From the NCBI GenBank assembly GCA_044892525.1, contig CM097885.1, forward strand, positions 17,796,001 to 17,860,000: a stretch of DNA of 64,000 nt, read 5' to 3'. The notes below the pieces were generated by a model. It was not told the origin of the DNA and did no database searches. It worked only from the letters and a program-made list of their open reading frames with translations. The DNA is from Schmidtea polychroa (lineage: Eukaryota). Each line of letters opens with the position of its first letter. Positions within the stretch are counted from its first letter, which is position 1. This document shows positions 38,870 through 50,677 of the stretch, piece after piece. Position numbers and translations under genes: made by a program.

Positions 38870-39929
38870 TTATTTTACGTAAATGTAATGTCAAATGAGT
38901 TTTTGAGCCTTTTGGAAATTCGATTAATTGACCAGAATCATCTCTTATATTTATTTCTATATTGTTTATACAAAATGTTGAAACAGGTAAGTACATGGGA
39001 TTTTCTATATTGATTTGTACAACTTCATCTTGATCATGTTTTTCAATCCATATAGATTTCATTAAAGAAACACTAGAATCGCCAACAATAGCTGGTTCTA
39101 CGATATTACTGTAAATGAACATTTGCTGATGATGTTTAAGGATTTTCGGTTTGTTTGTTCCTTCACAAATTTGTTCATTTTGTGTACATACTGGTTTAGT
39201 CAATCCTAATGTTTTTGCCAAATTTGAGTCAAATTTAACTTGACTAAGATTAGAATTTATACTAAATCTAAATACTTTATCTTTTTGAAGCTCAAAAACT
39301 GTTAAAATCTCGCTACAATTGTCAGCTAAATAAGTTTGTAATTGTTCGAGGTCTGTAATATATAAATTATCTTTAAAAGTATATGCATGCTCTGTTATTT
39401 CAAAGTATGATAGCTTAAATTTGAATTCCACTAAATTATTAGTTTTTGGAAGTGTAGAGAGATTTATTTTGACTGTATCATTAAATACATTACGTAAATC
39501 AGTAAATCCAAGACGTTTAGCATCGGCCATTGTAGAAAATAAAATTTCGAATGGCTTATTCAAGCAATTCATGTATAAATATTGACCATTATCATAAATT
39601 ATAGGTTTCCTTGATTTCGATGAACTCGTCAAGTTATAACTATCTTTATCAATAAGAACACTAATATATTCCGTTACTGCTACTTTTTTATTATATTCAA
39701 TAACTGATTTGCTATAGATTGGGAATAAATTGTATACAAATGTAAAATCCAACAGAGCAACTTCCCAGTCATTATCCAAATAGATGGGGTTTTGGAGTTC
39801 GATGATGAATTTGCTTGCTTGATTTTCTGGATGAATTAATGGACAACTATTGCTCGGCAAAATAGTATAAAAATTCACTTTACTATGTCTTTTGCTGATA
39901 TCCATAACGGGTTTTGATAACCATGCCAT
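38862..39929 (-). CDS. Minor capsid / penton protein (PX)
   Basis: FYTILPSNS....PEN..SKF...L..PI.L...WEVAL N-terminus; MFIYSNIVEP.IVGD....L...P.YLPV....INNIEINIRDD.G..I.F...T.LTLHLR C-terminus. Confidence 0.9.
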   Translation of the reverse strand: MAWLSKPVMDISKRHSKVNFYTILPSNSCPLIHPENQASKFIIELQNPIYLDNDWEVALLDFTFVYNLFPIYSKSVIEYNKKVAVTEYISVLIDKDSYNLTSSSKSRKPIIYDNGQYLYMNCLNKPFEILFSTMADAKRLGFTDLRNVFNDTVKINLSTLPKTNNLVEFKFKLSYFEITEHAYTFKDNLYITDLEQLQTYLADNCSEILTVFELQKDKVFRFSINSNLSQVKFDSNLAKTLGLTKPVCTQNEQICEGTNKPKILKHHQQMFIYSNIVEPAIVGDSSVSLMKSIWIEKHDQDEVVQINIENPMYLPVSTFCINNIEINIRDDSGQLIEFPKGSKTHLTLHLRKING

Positions 39930-40507
39930 TTGACATAGTATTGTTTATCCTTACCGACCTTTTTAGTTTTCAATATTTTTTGAATTCTAAATACTTTTGG
40001 GGAAGGAATCACTTGTAATTCCTGCTCATAAAATTTCCCTTGTACAATATTATTATCATTGTCTTTGATGACATACATTACAGGATTCTGTTTAGTATTT
40101 ATTTTTGAAATTACAAAGACTTCATCACTCCAATTTGTATCAAAATTTTTAATAAATGGAGATGCACTAATTTTACTAATTCTAACATGGTCACCGACTT
40201 TATATTTAGGTTTTGCAATTTTTACAGATTTCTTAGAAGTCAATGATGTTTTTGATGTAATATCAACCGGTCTGAATCCATTCAGTCCTCGATGTGATGA
40301 ATGTTTATAACTTGTTATTATTTTCGGTAAAGCATTTACCCATTTTTTATTACCTTGATGCACGAACAATTTCTTTAATCTATCTCTCAATGTTCGATTA
40401 AATCTTTCAACATGGGCAGCTTTGTATTGAGAATGTACCGAGTAGTGATTTATTTTCAGTTTATCGAGGATTTGCTTAACTTTGCTATTGTAGAATTCTT
40501 TACCTAA

Positions 40508-40598
<91 letters not shown>

Positions 40599-40603
40599 TT
40601 AAA

Positions 40604-40662
<59 letters not shown>

Positions 40663-41104
40663 CTAAATCTGTTTGCAAGTTATTAGGATGTCCATCTTTA
40701 AATAAAATATTAATTGCCTTGGACATTTCTTCTGCAGATTTTGCCTTGACTGGTATTGCTCGTGCAAACCTGCTGTATACATTAATACATGTTAAAATAT
40801 ATTTATTCCCATTGTTAATTTTCGAATAAGGTATCATCTCCATCAAATCCATTTGCCATAAATCGTCAATACCAAATGTTTTATACGCTCTTGTTGGAAA
40901 TCTTTTCCGCATTGGTTTGTTCAAACTGTACGCAAGCTGATCTGATAACCACTTCTGGGTTTCTTTTTTCGAATTCGGAACTCTTTTGTTTAATTTTGCC
41001 ACTCCACCGAAACCGGCTTCGTCTTCTGGGTTCGTCCAAATCTTCTCCATTACATCAAGAAGATTTAAAATTAAATTTAATGTCGGGCAATGAAGGATTA
41101 GCAC
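39875..41104 (-). CDS. int: Retroviral-type (rve) integrase with C-terminal chromodomain-like segment; intron 40504-40662
   Basis: WQMDLMEM, YILTCINVYSRFA; splicing gives LQTDLGKEFYN; VERFNRTLR; YKVGDHVRIS; YYVKWHGY. Confidence 0.94.
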
Positions 41105-41111
41105 CCATTGT

Positions 41112-41402
41112 TTATGATTGATTTCCTACAACTCCACCTAATAATGATAATGCCAGAGGTATCAAGGCACCAATAAATCCACCTTGTTGTTTATATATAA
41201 TTTTCCTCATTTGCTTACGATTTTTATTATTTACTAAAGATAACAATGGTTTCCTATGTTTGCTCAATAAATGCTTTTTTGATTTACTGATTTTAATTTT
41301 GCCTTTGACTACTTTAAGTATAATATTGAGTAAATCATCGACAACAAAATTTGGGAATGATTGCAATATATTCATCCTTTTCATACTCGGGGCCTTTAAC
41401 AA
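41112..41402 (-). CDS. Small basic Polinton protein ending in QQGGFIGALIPLALSLL (putative core/membrane-lytic precursor)
   Basis: Q.GGF plus hydrophobic helix typical of Polinton small structural proteins; the frame stays open upstream (KPKRKTRKTRK) but the in-frame ATG appears lost. Confidence 0.7.
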   Translation of the reverse strand: MLKAPSMKRMNILQSFPNFVVDDLLNIILKVVKGKIKISKSKKHLLSKHRKPLLSLVNNKNRKQMRKIIYKQQGGFIGALIPLALSLLGGVVGNQS

Positions 41403-41665
41403 TGCATTAAAAATTGGAAAACTGCGATGATTTTTAACTACTTTTTTACTGATTTTACGGGTTTTACGGGTTTTACGTTTAGGTTTAGGATTTTTCGAAA
41501 TAAGATTGTCATGTTGGGGTTGAGAAATTTGGAGTATAGAGAATTTGTTGACAATGTTCGAAATGAGATAATTTCATTGGTCGATTTCTAATTGGTTAAT
41601 TTCTAATTGGTTATTGGTTGATTTAAACAAACGGTTTTTTGTTTAGGATTCATTTATTCAACAAC

Positions 41666-42076
41666 ATGTACAAAATACCAAGCGCAGCAAATTTAATGAA
41701 AGATATTGACGACTATGGTAAATTTAAAATTTTTATTTTGACATTTTTTATATTTATTATTTTAGAAAAATATTTAGAAGTAATGCTGAATAGGATAAAA
41801 TATTATTATCCTCAAATTGCAGAAATAATCAAGGATAGAGAACCAGAAATCATTCCGGATCTCATATTCTATTCCACTCAAATTAGAATCATGGAGGTAT
41901 TCCATCAATTTTTATGGGATATCAAGATTAATAGAACCATGAAAGAAATGGAGCCGGAGTATCAATGTATGTTTGGATGTTCATGTTGTGCTGATCGATA
42001 TCGGCGATATGTCGAATGGGAGTTAGTGAAAACTCTGAGAAGGTTTCACTACTCCCGGATTGTTGATAAATATTAA
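41666..42076 (+). CDS. Polinton accessory protein, unknown function, probable 48-nt intron 41718-41765
   Basis: ATG 41666; GT...TTTAG intron removes a low-complexity F/I-rich stretch in frame; Cys cluster QCMFGCSCCAD; several ATTGG boxes upstream; AATAAA at the stop. Confidence 0.6.
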   Translation: MYKIPSAANLMKDIDDYGKFKIFILTFFIFIILEKYLEVMLNRIKYYYPQIAEIIKDREPEIIPDLIFYSTQIRIMEVFHQFLWDIKINRTMKEMEPEYQCMFGCSCCADRYRRYVEWELVKTLRRFHYSRIVDKY

Positions 42077-42344
42077 TAAATGTATTTTTGTTCTATTGCG
42101 TTTTTATATTTGAAATAGTAATAAATAGTAACAATAGTAATAATATAAATAGTAATAATAATAGAAATAGAAATAGAAATAATAATAATATAAATAGTAA
42201 TAATAGTAATAATAATAGAAATAGTAATAATAAAACATTAATAATAAAACATTAATAATAATATGTCACATTAATAGAACATAAATGCAGCATTAATGCA
42301 AATGACATGCAAATTTAAACAAAGACATGCTATAATCTGATTGG

Positions 42345-42770
42345 TTGATATGCATGAGTCAAAGGTATAAAAACCCTGTAACATTTCAATTTAATCATTA
42401 TTCACTATGGCCAAGAAAATTTCATGCACCGAAAAAACCTAAAGAAATGGTACAACCAGTTCAAATGTTCCACAACTACAAAATGTATTTTTTAAAAGAA
42501 GAAATCAATATGAAATTGGTTGCACCCGTCAAGCTAATTCCAACTAAATTTCAATTCTTATCCGGCACGCTTTCAATGATTGATGTCAGATTCGATGCAT
42601 GGTTCAACAATAGATATGCAAGATTTTATGATGCTTTTAATGAAATCAGTTTCAAAGAAAATGAAATTTGGTATATAACAATTGCAATCCAGGGATATAA
42701 AATTGATAATAATGATGTATATTCTCCTATTTGGAAAATTATGTCTGCTAGACTTTCACAAATATTTTAA
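42345..42770 (+). CDS. Polinton accessory protein, possibly an OB-fold ssDNA-binding protein
   Basis: CCAAT(rev)+TATAAAA at 42337-42373, so the true start is likely a downstream ATG; C-terminal ITIAIQGY...YSPIWKI pattern only loosely recalls viral SSBs. Confidence 0.45.
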   Translation: MICMSQRYKNPVTFQFNHYSLWPRKFHAPKKPKEMVQPVQMFHNYKMYFLKEEINMKLVAPVKLIPTKFQFLSGTLSMIDVRFDAWFNNRYARFYDAFNEISFKENEIWYITIAIQGYKIDNNDVYSPIWKIMSARLSQIF

Positions 42771-43192
42771 TGTTATATTTAATAAATGTATTAGTCATAT
42801 TTGTTTTTCTCTTTATTAATTGCAACATAAATGCAAATGACATGCAAATTTAACAAAGAAAATCTATAAACAAACTTATAATATAGTTTTAAAGTGATGA
42901 AAATGACTGCAGAAAAAGGTTAACATGATTAATTAATTACTGAATTATTTAGTATTTAGAATTTGTAATCAACTTTTTGTTGGAAAAGTTAGCAGAAATA
43001 TCTGGTGTGAAAATTGAGGACATATTATCTATTACAAATGCCTTAAATATCGGCTGGATAGTTGAGAGTCAAGATACAGGATTTGATGATGAAGAAGAAA
43101 CTCAAGAAATTGATGAGGAAGAAACTCAAAAAAATTGATGAGGAAATCTATGAACCTATAGATGAACCTATAGATGAACCTATAGAGGAACC

Positions 43193-44021
43193 TGTTTAAT
43201 TCAATGCTTGCGTCTGTGTGCGCTTTTTACTCTCCTTGTGTATTTTTGGTTGTGTGCGCACACAGACGCGTAAAATTGTGCATGGCAAGTATGTTTTTGG
43301 GGAATGCTTTTCGAGTTTAATTTTTTGTGTGTATTGTTTAGTGGAAATCGAGTTGTTGAGTTTTATTCGATTGGTTTTTTGAATAATTGAAATTTACAAT
43401 GGCAACATCTAAATATAACGGGGGATTGATGGATCTCGATGATTTAGTGGCAAGGTTGAATAGAACCCGCAGCAAAATGGAAATAGAAACTATTTGTAAA
43501 GACGATGTTATCAGATCTATCAAATCTATTAAAATTCTGGGTAATGGATTCTCTCTAATCACATTATCTCGAGACCGGCAATTAGTTCAATCTGTACCTG
43601 ATCAAAATGGCCGAATCGATATTGTTTTGTGTTCAGAAAGGAATAATATGAGATCAAATTTATGTGTAGCTACACAAAGACAGGTTCCAGATAAAATGAT
43701 TGAGAAGAGTTCAGCTACAAGATTGTTTAATATTACTGAAAGTACTGGAAGTGTTATGACTGGTATGATCCCTGATTATCGATCTCAAGTATGTCGTGCA
43801 CAAGTGGAAGCCGCTCGATTTAGATATAAACATGGATATGAAATGCCTTGCGACATAATAAGTCGTTCTGTTGCGGATATTAAGCAGTTTTCTACCCAAT
43901 CAACCGAGATGCGACCATTAGGTTGTTCAATGATGACATTATCTCCTGGTATGGACACGGAAAAACTGTTATTATTCAGAAATAAAATGATTATGTGTTA
44001 TTATGAATTTGAAAATGAACA
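43193..44021 (+). repeat. 5' LTR of BEL element (contains captured host coding fragments)
   Basis: Differs from 49650-50478 at ~3 positions, all in the first ~70 bp. Confidence 0.95.
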
Positions 44022-44439
44022 TGGTAACAGAGCGTGGTTCCGGCTAGCCAGCCGGAACAAGGTAATTAATGATTATAAAATGTCTTTTTTGTGTTTATGT
44101 ATATTATGTAAATATTATGTGTATTATGTGTTTACTAATATTTTTGTAAAATTAACCATCCTCCCTTCCCTACCAAGCGTGGGAAAGTGCTGCTATGGGC
44201 CCCAGCACTCTTTTAAAGGTGGAAGCCAGGGAAACAGGGTAAAGAACAGAGCTGAGTCAAGGGTGAGGGCGAACGGGGTAATGGGTTTTGAATTGCGATT
44301 GGAAAGTATAAATCAAATATTTGTCAAAACTCTTACTGGTAAGACAATAACTCTTAACATTGAATCGAACGACACAATTGAAAAGGTAAAAGGAAAAATC
44401 CAGGACGAAAAATCCAAGAGAATGAAAAATGAAAATTAA
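43387..44439 (+). CDS. Chimeric ORF: SNF8/Vps22 fragment (43399-43599) + proteasome subunit alpha-6 fragment (43666-43935) + ubiquitin fragment (44314-44409)
   Basis: [10 protein letters not shown]...[17 protein letters not shown]...LVQSVP (SNF8); TQRQVPDK...LFNITE..G.VMTGM..D.RSQV.RA..EAA..RYK.GYEMP.D.....AD..Q..TQ..EMRPLGC (PSMA6); [25 protein letters not shown] (ubiquitin). One continuous 350-codon frame. Confidence 0.85.
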   Translation: MKFTMATSKYNGGLMDLDDLVARLNRTRSKMEIETICKDDVIRSIKSIKILGNGFSLITLSRDRQLVQSVPDQNGRIDIVLCSERNNMRSNLCVATQRQVPDKMIEKSSATRLFNITESTGSVMTGMIPDYRSQVCRAQVEAARFRYKHGYEMPCDIISRSVADIKQFSTQSTEMRPLGCSMMTLSPGMDTEKLLLFRNKMIMCYYEFENEHGNRAWFRLASRNKVINDYKMSFLCLCILCKYYVYYVFTNIFVKLTILPSLPSVGKCCYGPQHSFKGGSQGNRVKNRAESRVRANGVMGFELRLESINQIFVKTLTGKTITLNIESNDTIEKVKGKIQDEKSKRMKNEN

Positions 44440-44444
44440 CGAGA

Positions 44445-47400
44445 TTGAGAAACAAGATTCTCAATGATATAAATGGGAAGGATGTTAGCGAATGGTTGGC
44501 GGAATATGAAGATCAAAAGGAGAGTCTAGATGAAGAATTAGGGGATCTGAGAACGATCAGTAAAAAATTGCAAAGATTGGACATCACTGCAATCTTAGAT
44601 AAAGACCTGCAAGAGATCGAGGAAAAACATCAAATAATTGGGGCATTGGTGGAAAGAAAAGCAAATCAATCTTTTATGGAAAAGAAGGAAAAGGTGAATG
44701 ATGATACAATCAAGAAGAATAATTCCGTGCATAAAAGAAAACTGGAAAGTCTACAGAAAATTACAATCCCTGTTTTTGAAGGCAAGATGAAAGAGTACGA
44801 ACCATGGAAAGCAGCTTTTACGGCATGTGTTGACGAAGCGGAAGGTGATGAGGTTGAAAAGATGTTTCACCTGCACAAGTACCTTCACGGAGAGCCATTA
44901 AAGTTAATTGAAAATCTTAAATATTCGACAGAGGCTTATCAAATGGCAAAAGAGAAGTTGGATAGGCGATATGGTGGGGATGAAAGGATATATTTATCAA
45001 TGTTAGAGGAGATGGAACAGTTCAGGCCAATTCGAGAAGGAGATTTGAAGGATCTAGACTTATTTGTTGGATTATTAGAAACGGTCACCGTGCGATTTAA
45101 ATCCACTGGGAAAGAATTCGAGTTAAAGACTGGATATCTTTTTCAAAAGTGTTTGGGCAAGTTAACGACGAATTTTGTGTATAAATGGAAAAAAGACAAA
45201 ATAGAAAAGGAATTGCGGGAGACGATAGAGGATTTGAGAAGATGGATACAACAAGAAGCGGAGATCCTAAGGTCCATTAACGAGGTTGTGTATGGGACTA
45301 AACCAAGCACCAGGGCTTATGATGGGTCAAGAGTAGAAGGGGTGTCTAGAGGAAGAGAAAGATTCAATCCAGGAGGTCGGACGCATTTTACGGGCAACCA
45401 GATGGCAGAGTTAAAAGTGGAACGGTTATACAGGTGAATAACTCGAACGGCTATAGATCAGAGTGTGTACAATTTGGTGGTCAACATTACCTAGACCAAT
45501 GTGACAAGTTCAAGCAACTCACAATTCCAAAAAGGAAGAAAGTCATTGAAGAAAAGAAACTGTGCAGGAATTGCTTCAAAAGAAATCACATGGCCAAGGA
45601 ATGTCGTAAAGAATCTTTCTGCAAGGTTACCGGATGTAAGCAAAGGCACAACGAGTTATTACATGAAAGACAAATTAGTGAGGAGAGTGAAAAAGGTAAC
45701 AACACGATGCTGACCCAGAAAGGTATGAACGAGAAAAACCTAAGACCTTACCTTAGTTTAAGAACAATTTCAATCTACCTTTAAAATTGGAACAAGAAAA
45801 TAAAAGTCAATGCACTGTTAGATGATGCAAGCTCAGTAAGCTACATCAATCTAAGAATTTTAAAGGAGCTTGGGTTAAAAGGGGTGGAAAAGAGGACACC
45901 GATAGGGGTTATCGGCGGTAATGTCCAACAAATGATGGCTACTCCAGTGACCATGAAGTTAATTAGTAATGACGGCCGATTGACGAAAACGTCAACGCAC
46001 TGGCCGTAACAAATATCACGGGAGAAATGAAGGTAGTAAATTGGGCCAGAGAAAAACATAAGTGGACTCACCTGAAGGGCATCCATTTTCCGATGCTAGA
46101 CGAGAGACAGGCAGTTGAAGTGTTAATTGGCGCGGATTATTTAACGCTTCAACGAGCACTCAAAGAAATCGATGGTAAGTTGGATGAACCGATTGCCCGT
46201 TTAACTCCACTTGGCTGGACATGTGTTGGAAGAACCTCGGTGGGAAGAACTTGGAACCATCAAAGCAATTTCATACGAACGTTCTTCGGTAATGGCGAGG
46301 ATTTGCAACGACAAATGGAGCGATTTTGGGAAATTGATGATAGCGGCTTAAAGGAAAATATATTTGCAGCGAAAGACCAGGCGATTTATGAGAAAACCAA
46401 ATCTGAGATGAAGAAAGTAGACGGACATTTCGAGGTAAAAGTGCCATGGAAAGAGTCACCAACAGCTTTGCCCAATAGGGAAAAAATGGCAGAAAGTCGA
46501 CTGCGAAGTTTGGACAAGAGGCTTGAAAAGGAAGACTTACGAACTGAGTATCAGGATATTTTGAATGGTTACCTGAAAAAAGATTATATAAGTATTGTAA
46601 AAGAGAAAATGATGCCTGGAGATTCGGAATGGATATTACCACACTTTCCCGTGGTTAGAGGAGATAAGGACACCACGAAAGTGTGTATTGTGTTTGATGC
46701 AGCAGCCAGGTGTAATGGGGTGGGACTTAATGATATGGTGGAAGTTGGCCCAAAATTACAAAATGAAGTTTTTGATATTTTAATACGTTTTCGTCGATTT
46801 TCCTTAGCTGTGGTTTGTGATATAGTAGAAATGTATCTGCAAATAAGAATGGCTCTTGAAGACAGGAAATATCATCGGTTTTTATGGTCAACTGGGGGGA
46901 AAATTATTAAGTATGAGTTTATTCGGTTAGTGTTTGGTCTTAATGCATCTCCATTCCTTACCCAGCTAGTCGCGCAAGAGAATGCAAAGAAATTTGAAAA
47001 GGACTACCCAAAGGTGACAGAATCTATTTGCAAGTCTATGTATATGGACGACACTATGGACTCTGTTGATTCTGAAGAAGAAGGAATGAGGCTGAAAGAG
47101 GGGCTAGAAACAGTTTGAAGCAATGCCGGAATGTGGCCTAGAAAATGGCTGTCCAACTCGGAAAGAATTATGGCGACAATCCCAATTGAAGAACGAGCTA
47201 AAACACTGAATATTGAAAAGGAAACGACAATGGCCGTCAAGACCCTAGGTTTGAAATGGTACTCGGAAGACGATGAATTTAGTTTTCAAGTAGATCTGCC
47301 GAATGAAGAATGTTTATCGAAAAGAAAGGTATTGAGCATAGTGGCAAGAATCTTTGGTCCATTGGGACTGTTAGGCCCATTCATAATCATATGGAAAAAG

Positions 47401-49608
47401 ATTATTCACAGGTTGTGGTTGTCAGGGCTTGATTGGGACGAAAAGCTACCTCCAAAGTTGAATAAAGAAATACACAAGTGGGTAGAGGACACAAATAATC
47501 TCGGAGATCTGCGAATTGCGAGATGTTTAAGGACTCAAATGAAAAATGAATGGCAATTACATGTCTTTTCCGATGCGTCAAGCACCGCATATGGGTCAGC
47601 TATATATCTACGGGAAGAAACTATGGTGGGACCTAAAAATGTGTTGATTGCGTCAAGGGCAAAGGTAGCTCCAGTGCAAATTATAAGTATACCAAGGTTG
47701 GAATTAATGGCAGCGTGTACTGGAGTTAAATTAGCAAGACGGGTTTCAGAAGTGCTAGGGAAACCGATGAGTGAGATATGGTTCTGGTCCGATAGTAAAG
47801 ACGTAATACATTGGGTTCGAAATTATTCGAGGCTATTCAAGCCATTCGTAGCTAATCGAATTGGGTTCATTCAAGAAATGACCAAACCTGGGCAATGGCA
47901 TTATGTTCCAACAAGTGAAAATCCATCGGATTTGATCACAAGAGGATTATCGGCATCGGATTTGATAAAAAGCACCATGTGGTGGGAGGGACCGAAATTT
48001 CTACTAGAACCAATGGGAAATTGGCCAGCGACGGAGTTAAACCAATCCAGTGTAACAAAGGAGTTGCGAAAGGGAATAACAATGATGGCATGTGTAGAGG
48101 GGCAAAGACGAATAGGGAACACGGACTGTTTCAAAGTAGAAACCTTTTCCTCATGGCAGAGATTGATCAGGGTTCGGGCCTGGGTGGAGCGATTTATTTT
48201 GAACACGAGAACGACACAGTCCCAAAGAAGCACAGGGCAACTGACAACTGAGGAGCTTAAAAGAATGGAACTCAATGTAATTAAAGGAGAGCAGGCGAAG
48301 TTTTTCTCTGAAGACCTGGCACGACTTATCAAGAATGAAAGGGTAGATATCAGAAGCCGTTTGTTAAAGTTGACACCAGTTTTAGATGAGATGAAGGTGT
48401 TACGAAGTAATAGCCGCATAATTCATGCAAAGAATTTACCATGGGAGACAAAATATCCAATAATTCTATCTGACAAGAGTTGGGTCACCAGACTAATCAT
48501 CAAAGATTGCCATGAAAGTTTGAGCCATTATGCAGGAACTCAACATGTCTTAAGTGTGCTGAACGAAAAATATTGGATTTTGAAGGCCAAAGTAATGATC
48601 AAACAATGTGAGACAGATTGCGGAATGTGTAGAAAAAGAAAAGCTAAAGGAATGAGTCAAATAATGGCACCGTTACCGGCGTTCAGGGTTTCAGAACCTT
48701 TTAGAGCATTTGTTCACTCGGCAGTAGATTTTGCAGGACCGTTTGAAACTAAAGTAGGCAGAGGAAAGGTGAGAAATAAAAGGTACATTTGCCTATTCGT
48801 ATGTTTAAAGTCACGGGCGGTGCATATTGAAATGGCATATGGGTTGGACACAGACTCATTTATTCGAGCGTTTATGAGGTTTGCAGCGAGGCGGGGGATG
48901 CCAAAATTGATGATTTCAGACAATGGCACAAATTTTATAGGCGCCACTTCTACAGTAAAGAATTTTGTAATCGACAACTATAAAACTCAAAGAGAGTTGT
49001 CGAAGCATCAATGCAGTTGGATTTTCAATCCTCCATCAGCACCGCATTTTGGGGGAGTTTTTGAGTCCATGATCAAATCGGCAAAGCGAGCAATGAATGC
49101 AATACTGACAAGTGCAGATGTGACCGACGAGGAATTGGGAAATGTTTTGACAAGGGCTGAAATGTTGATAAATTCTCGGCCCTTAGTGGTTCAGGCAGTA
49201 GACAGTAAGGAAGACGCTGTGCTAACTCCAAATCATTTATTAATTGCCGTTTGGAAAGGAGAAGCTGTGGAAAATATAGAAGTGAAGAAAATGTCATGTA
49301 CTATGTTTCCGTGGAGACGAATTCAGGAGTTAACTGAACACTTTTGGCGGCGATGGATGAAAGAATTGGTCCCGTGCTGGCGGCGAAGGGCGAAATGGAA
49401 TAAGATAGAAGCTGATGTTAAGACAGGGTCAACAGTGTGGGTCTTAGACAAAAAGAATGAGTATGGAAAGTGGCCAATGGGGAGAGTAATCGAAGTGATA
49501 CCTGGAGAAGACGGAAAGCTACGCGTGATGAGGATAAAATGTGAAGTAAAGGAGGTATTAAGATGCATATCCAAATTAATGCATGATCGCAAAAGAAGGA
49601 GAAGTTAA
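44445..49608 (+). pseudogene. BEL/Pao gag-pol (gag, zinc knuckles, aspartic protease, RT, RNase H, integrase) with 2 frameshifts and 2 stops
   Basis: IPVFEG...W...F gag core; CRNCFKRNHMAKEC and CKVTGCKQRH; ALLDDAS protease; LPHFPV, VFDAA, YMDD; FSDAS, IPRLEL, WSDS; VDFAGP, SDNGTNF, PHFGGVFE. Breaks near 45435, 45782, 46010 and 47116. Confidence 0.95.
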
Positions 49609-49649
49609 TGGGGATGAGAGATTGACACCAAAGTGTCAAGGGGGGAGGA

Positions 49650-50478
49650 TGTTTAATTCGATGCTCGCGTCTGTGTGCGCTTTTTACTCTCCTTGTGTAT
49701 TTTTGGTTGTGTGTGCACACAGACGCGTAAAATTGTGCATGGCAAGTATGTTTTTGGGGAATGCTTTTCGAGTTTAATTTTTTGTGTGTATTGTTTAGTG
49801 GAAATCGAGTTGTTGAGTTTTATTCGATTGGTTTTTTGAATAATTGAAATTTACAATGGCAACATCTAAATATAACGGGGGATTGATGGATCTCGATGAT
49901 TTAGTGGCAAGGTTGAATAGAACCCGCAGCAAAATGGAAATAGAAACTATTTGTAAAGACGATGTTATCAGATCTATCAAATCTATTAAAATTCTGGGTA
50001 ATGGATTCTCTCTAATCACATTATCTCGAGACCGGCAATTAGTTCAATCTGTACCTGATCAAAATGGCCGAATCGATATTGTTTTGTGTTCAGAAAGGAA
50101 TAATATGAGATCAAATTTATGTGTAGCTACACAAAGACAGGTTCCAGATAAAATGATTGAGAAGAGTTCAGCTACAAGATTGTTTAATATTACTGAAAGT
50201 ACTGGAAGTGTTATGACTGGTATGATCCCTGATTATCGATCTCAAGTATGTCGTGCACAAGTGGAAGCCGCTCGATTTAGATATAAACATGGATATGAAA
50301 TGCCTTGCGACATAATAAGTCGTTCTGTTGCGGATATTAAGCAGTTTTCTACCCAATCAACCGAGATGCGACCATTAGGTTGTTCAATGATGACATTATC
50401 TCCTGGTATGGACACGGAAAAACTGTTATTATTCAGAAATAAAATGATTATGTGTTATTATGAATTTGAAAATGAACA
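49650..50478 (+). repeat. 3' LTR of BEL element, with second copy of the SNF8-PSMA6 ORF (49844-50488)
   Basis: Translation identical to the 5' copy through ...YYEFENE. Confidence 0.95.
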
Positions 50479-50677
50479 GAACCTATAGATGAACCTATAG
50501 AGGAACCTAAAGGTGAATCTAAAGATAATATTACGAATGATTGTATTGATCATGTCGTTGAAAATATAATGAAATGTGGAGATGACGACTGCGAATGTGT
50601 TAATTAATAAATTTTAGTTAATTAGTGTTTGTAAATTTATTTAAAATTTTATTTAAAAATTAAACAAAATAACTATA

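Larger units (their letters stand above)
43193..50478 (+). mobile_element. Full-length BEL/Pao LTR retrotransposon nested in the Polinton
   Basis: 829-bp LTRs TGTT...AACA; 5-bp TSD GAACC (43188-43192, 50479-50483); iMet-like PBS TGGTAACAGAGCGTGGTT (44022-44039); PPT AAGGGGGGAGGA (49638-49649). Confidence 0.97.
42897..50607 (+). pseudogene. Acidic Polinton gene with EPID repeats, interrupted by the BEL insertion
   Basis: ATG 42897, 41-nt intron 42919-42959, ...GFDDEEETQEIDEEE, one-base slip near 43135; 12-bp GAACCTATAGAT repeat split by the insertion; resumes at 50479 to ...IMKCGDDDCECVN stop. Confidence 0.6.

Noticed and set aside
43387..44439. Genuine host SNF8, PSMA6 or ubiquitin genes
   Set aside because: Partial, fused, intronless and located within LTR/leader sequence bounded by a TSD; treated as captured fragments.
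47901..48419. Antisense ORFs over pol genes (also 1969-2499, 46271-46642, 16042-16263)
   Set aside because: Shadow frames of well-supported coding regions with no independent motifs.
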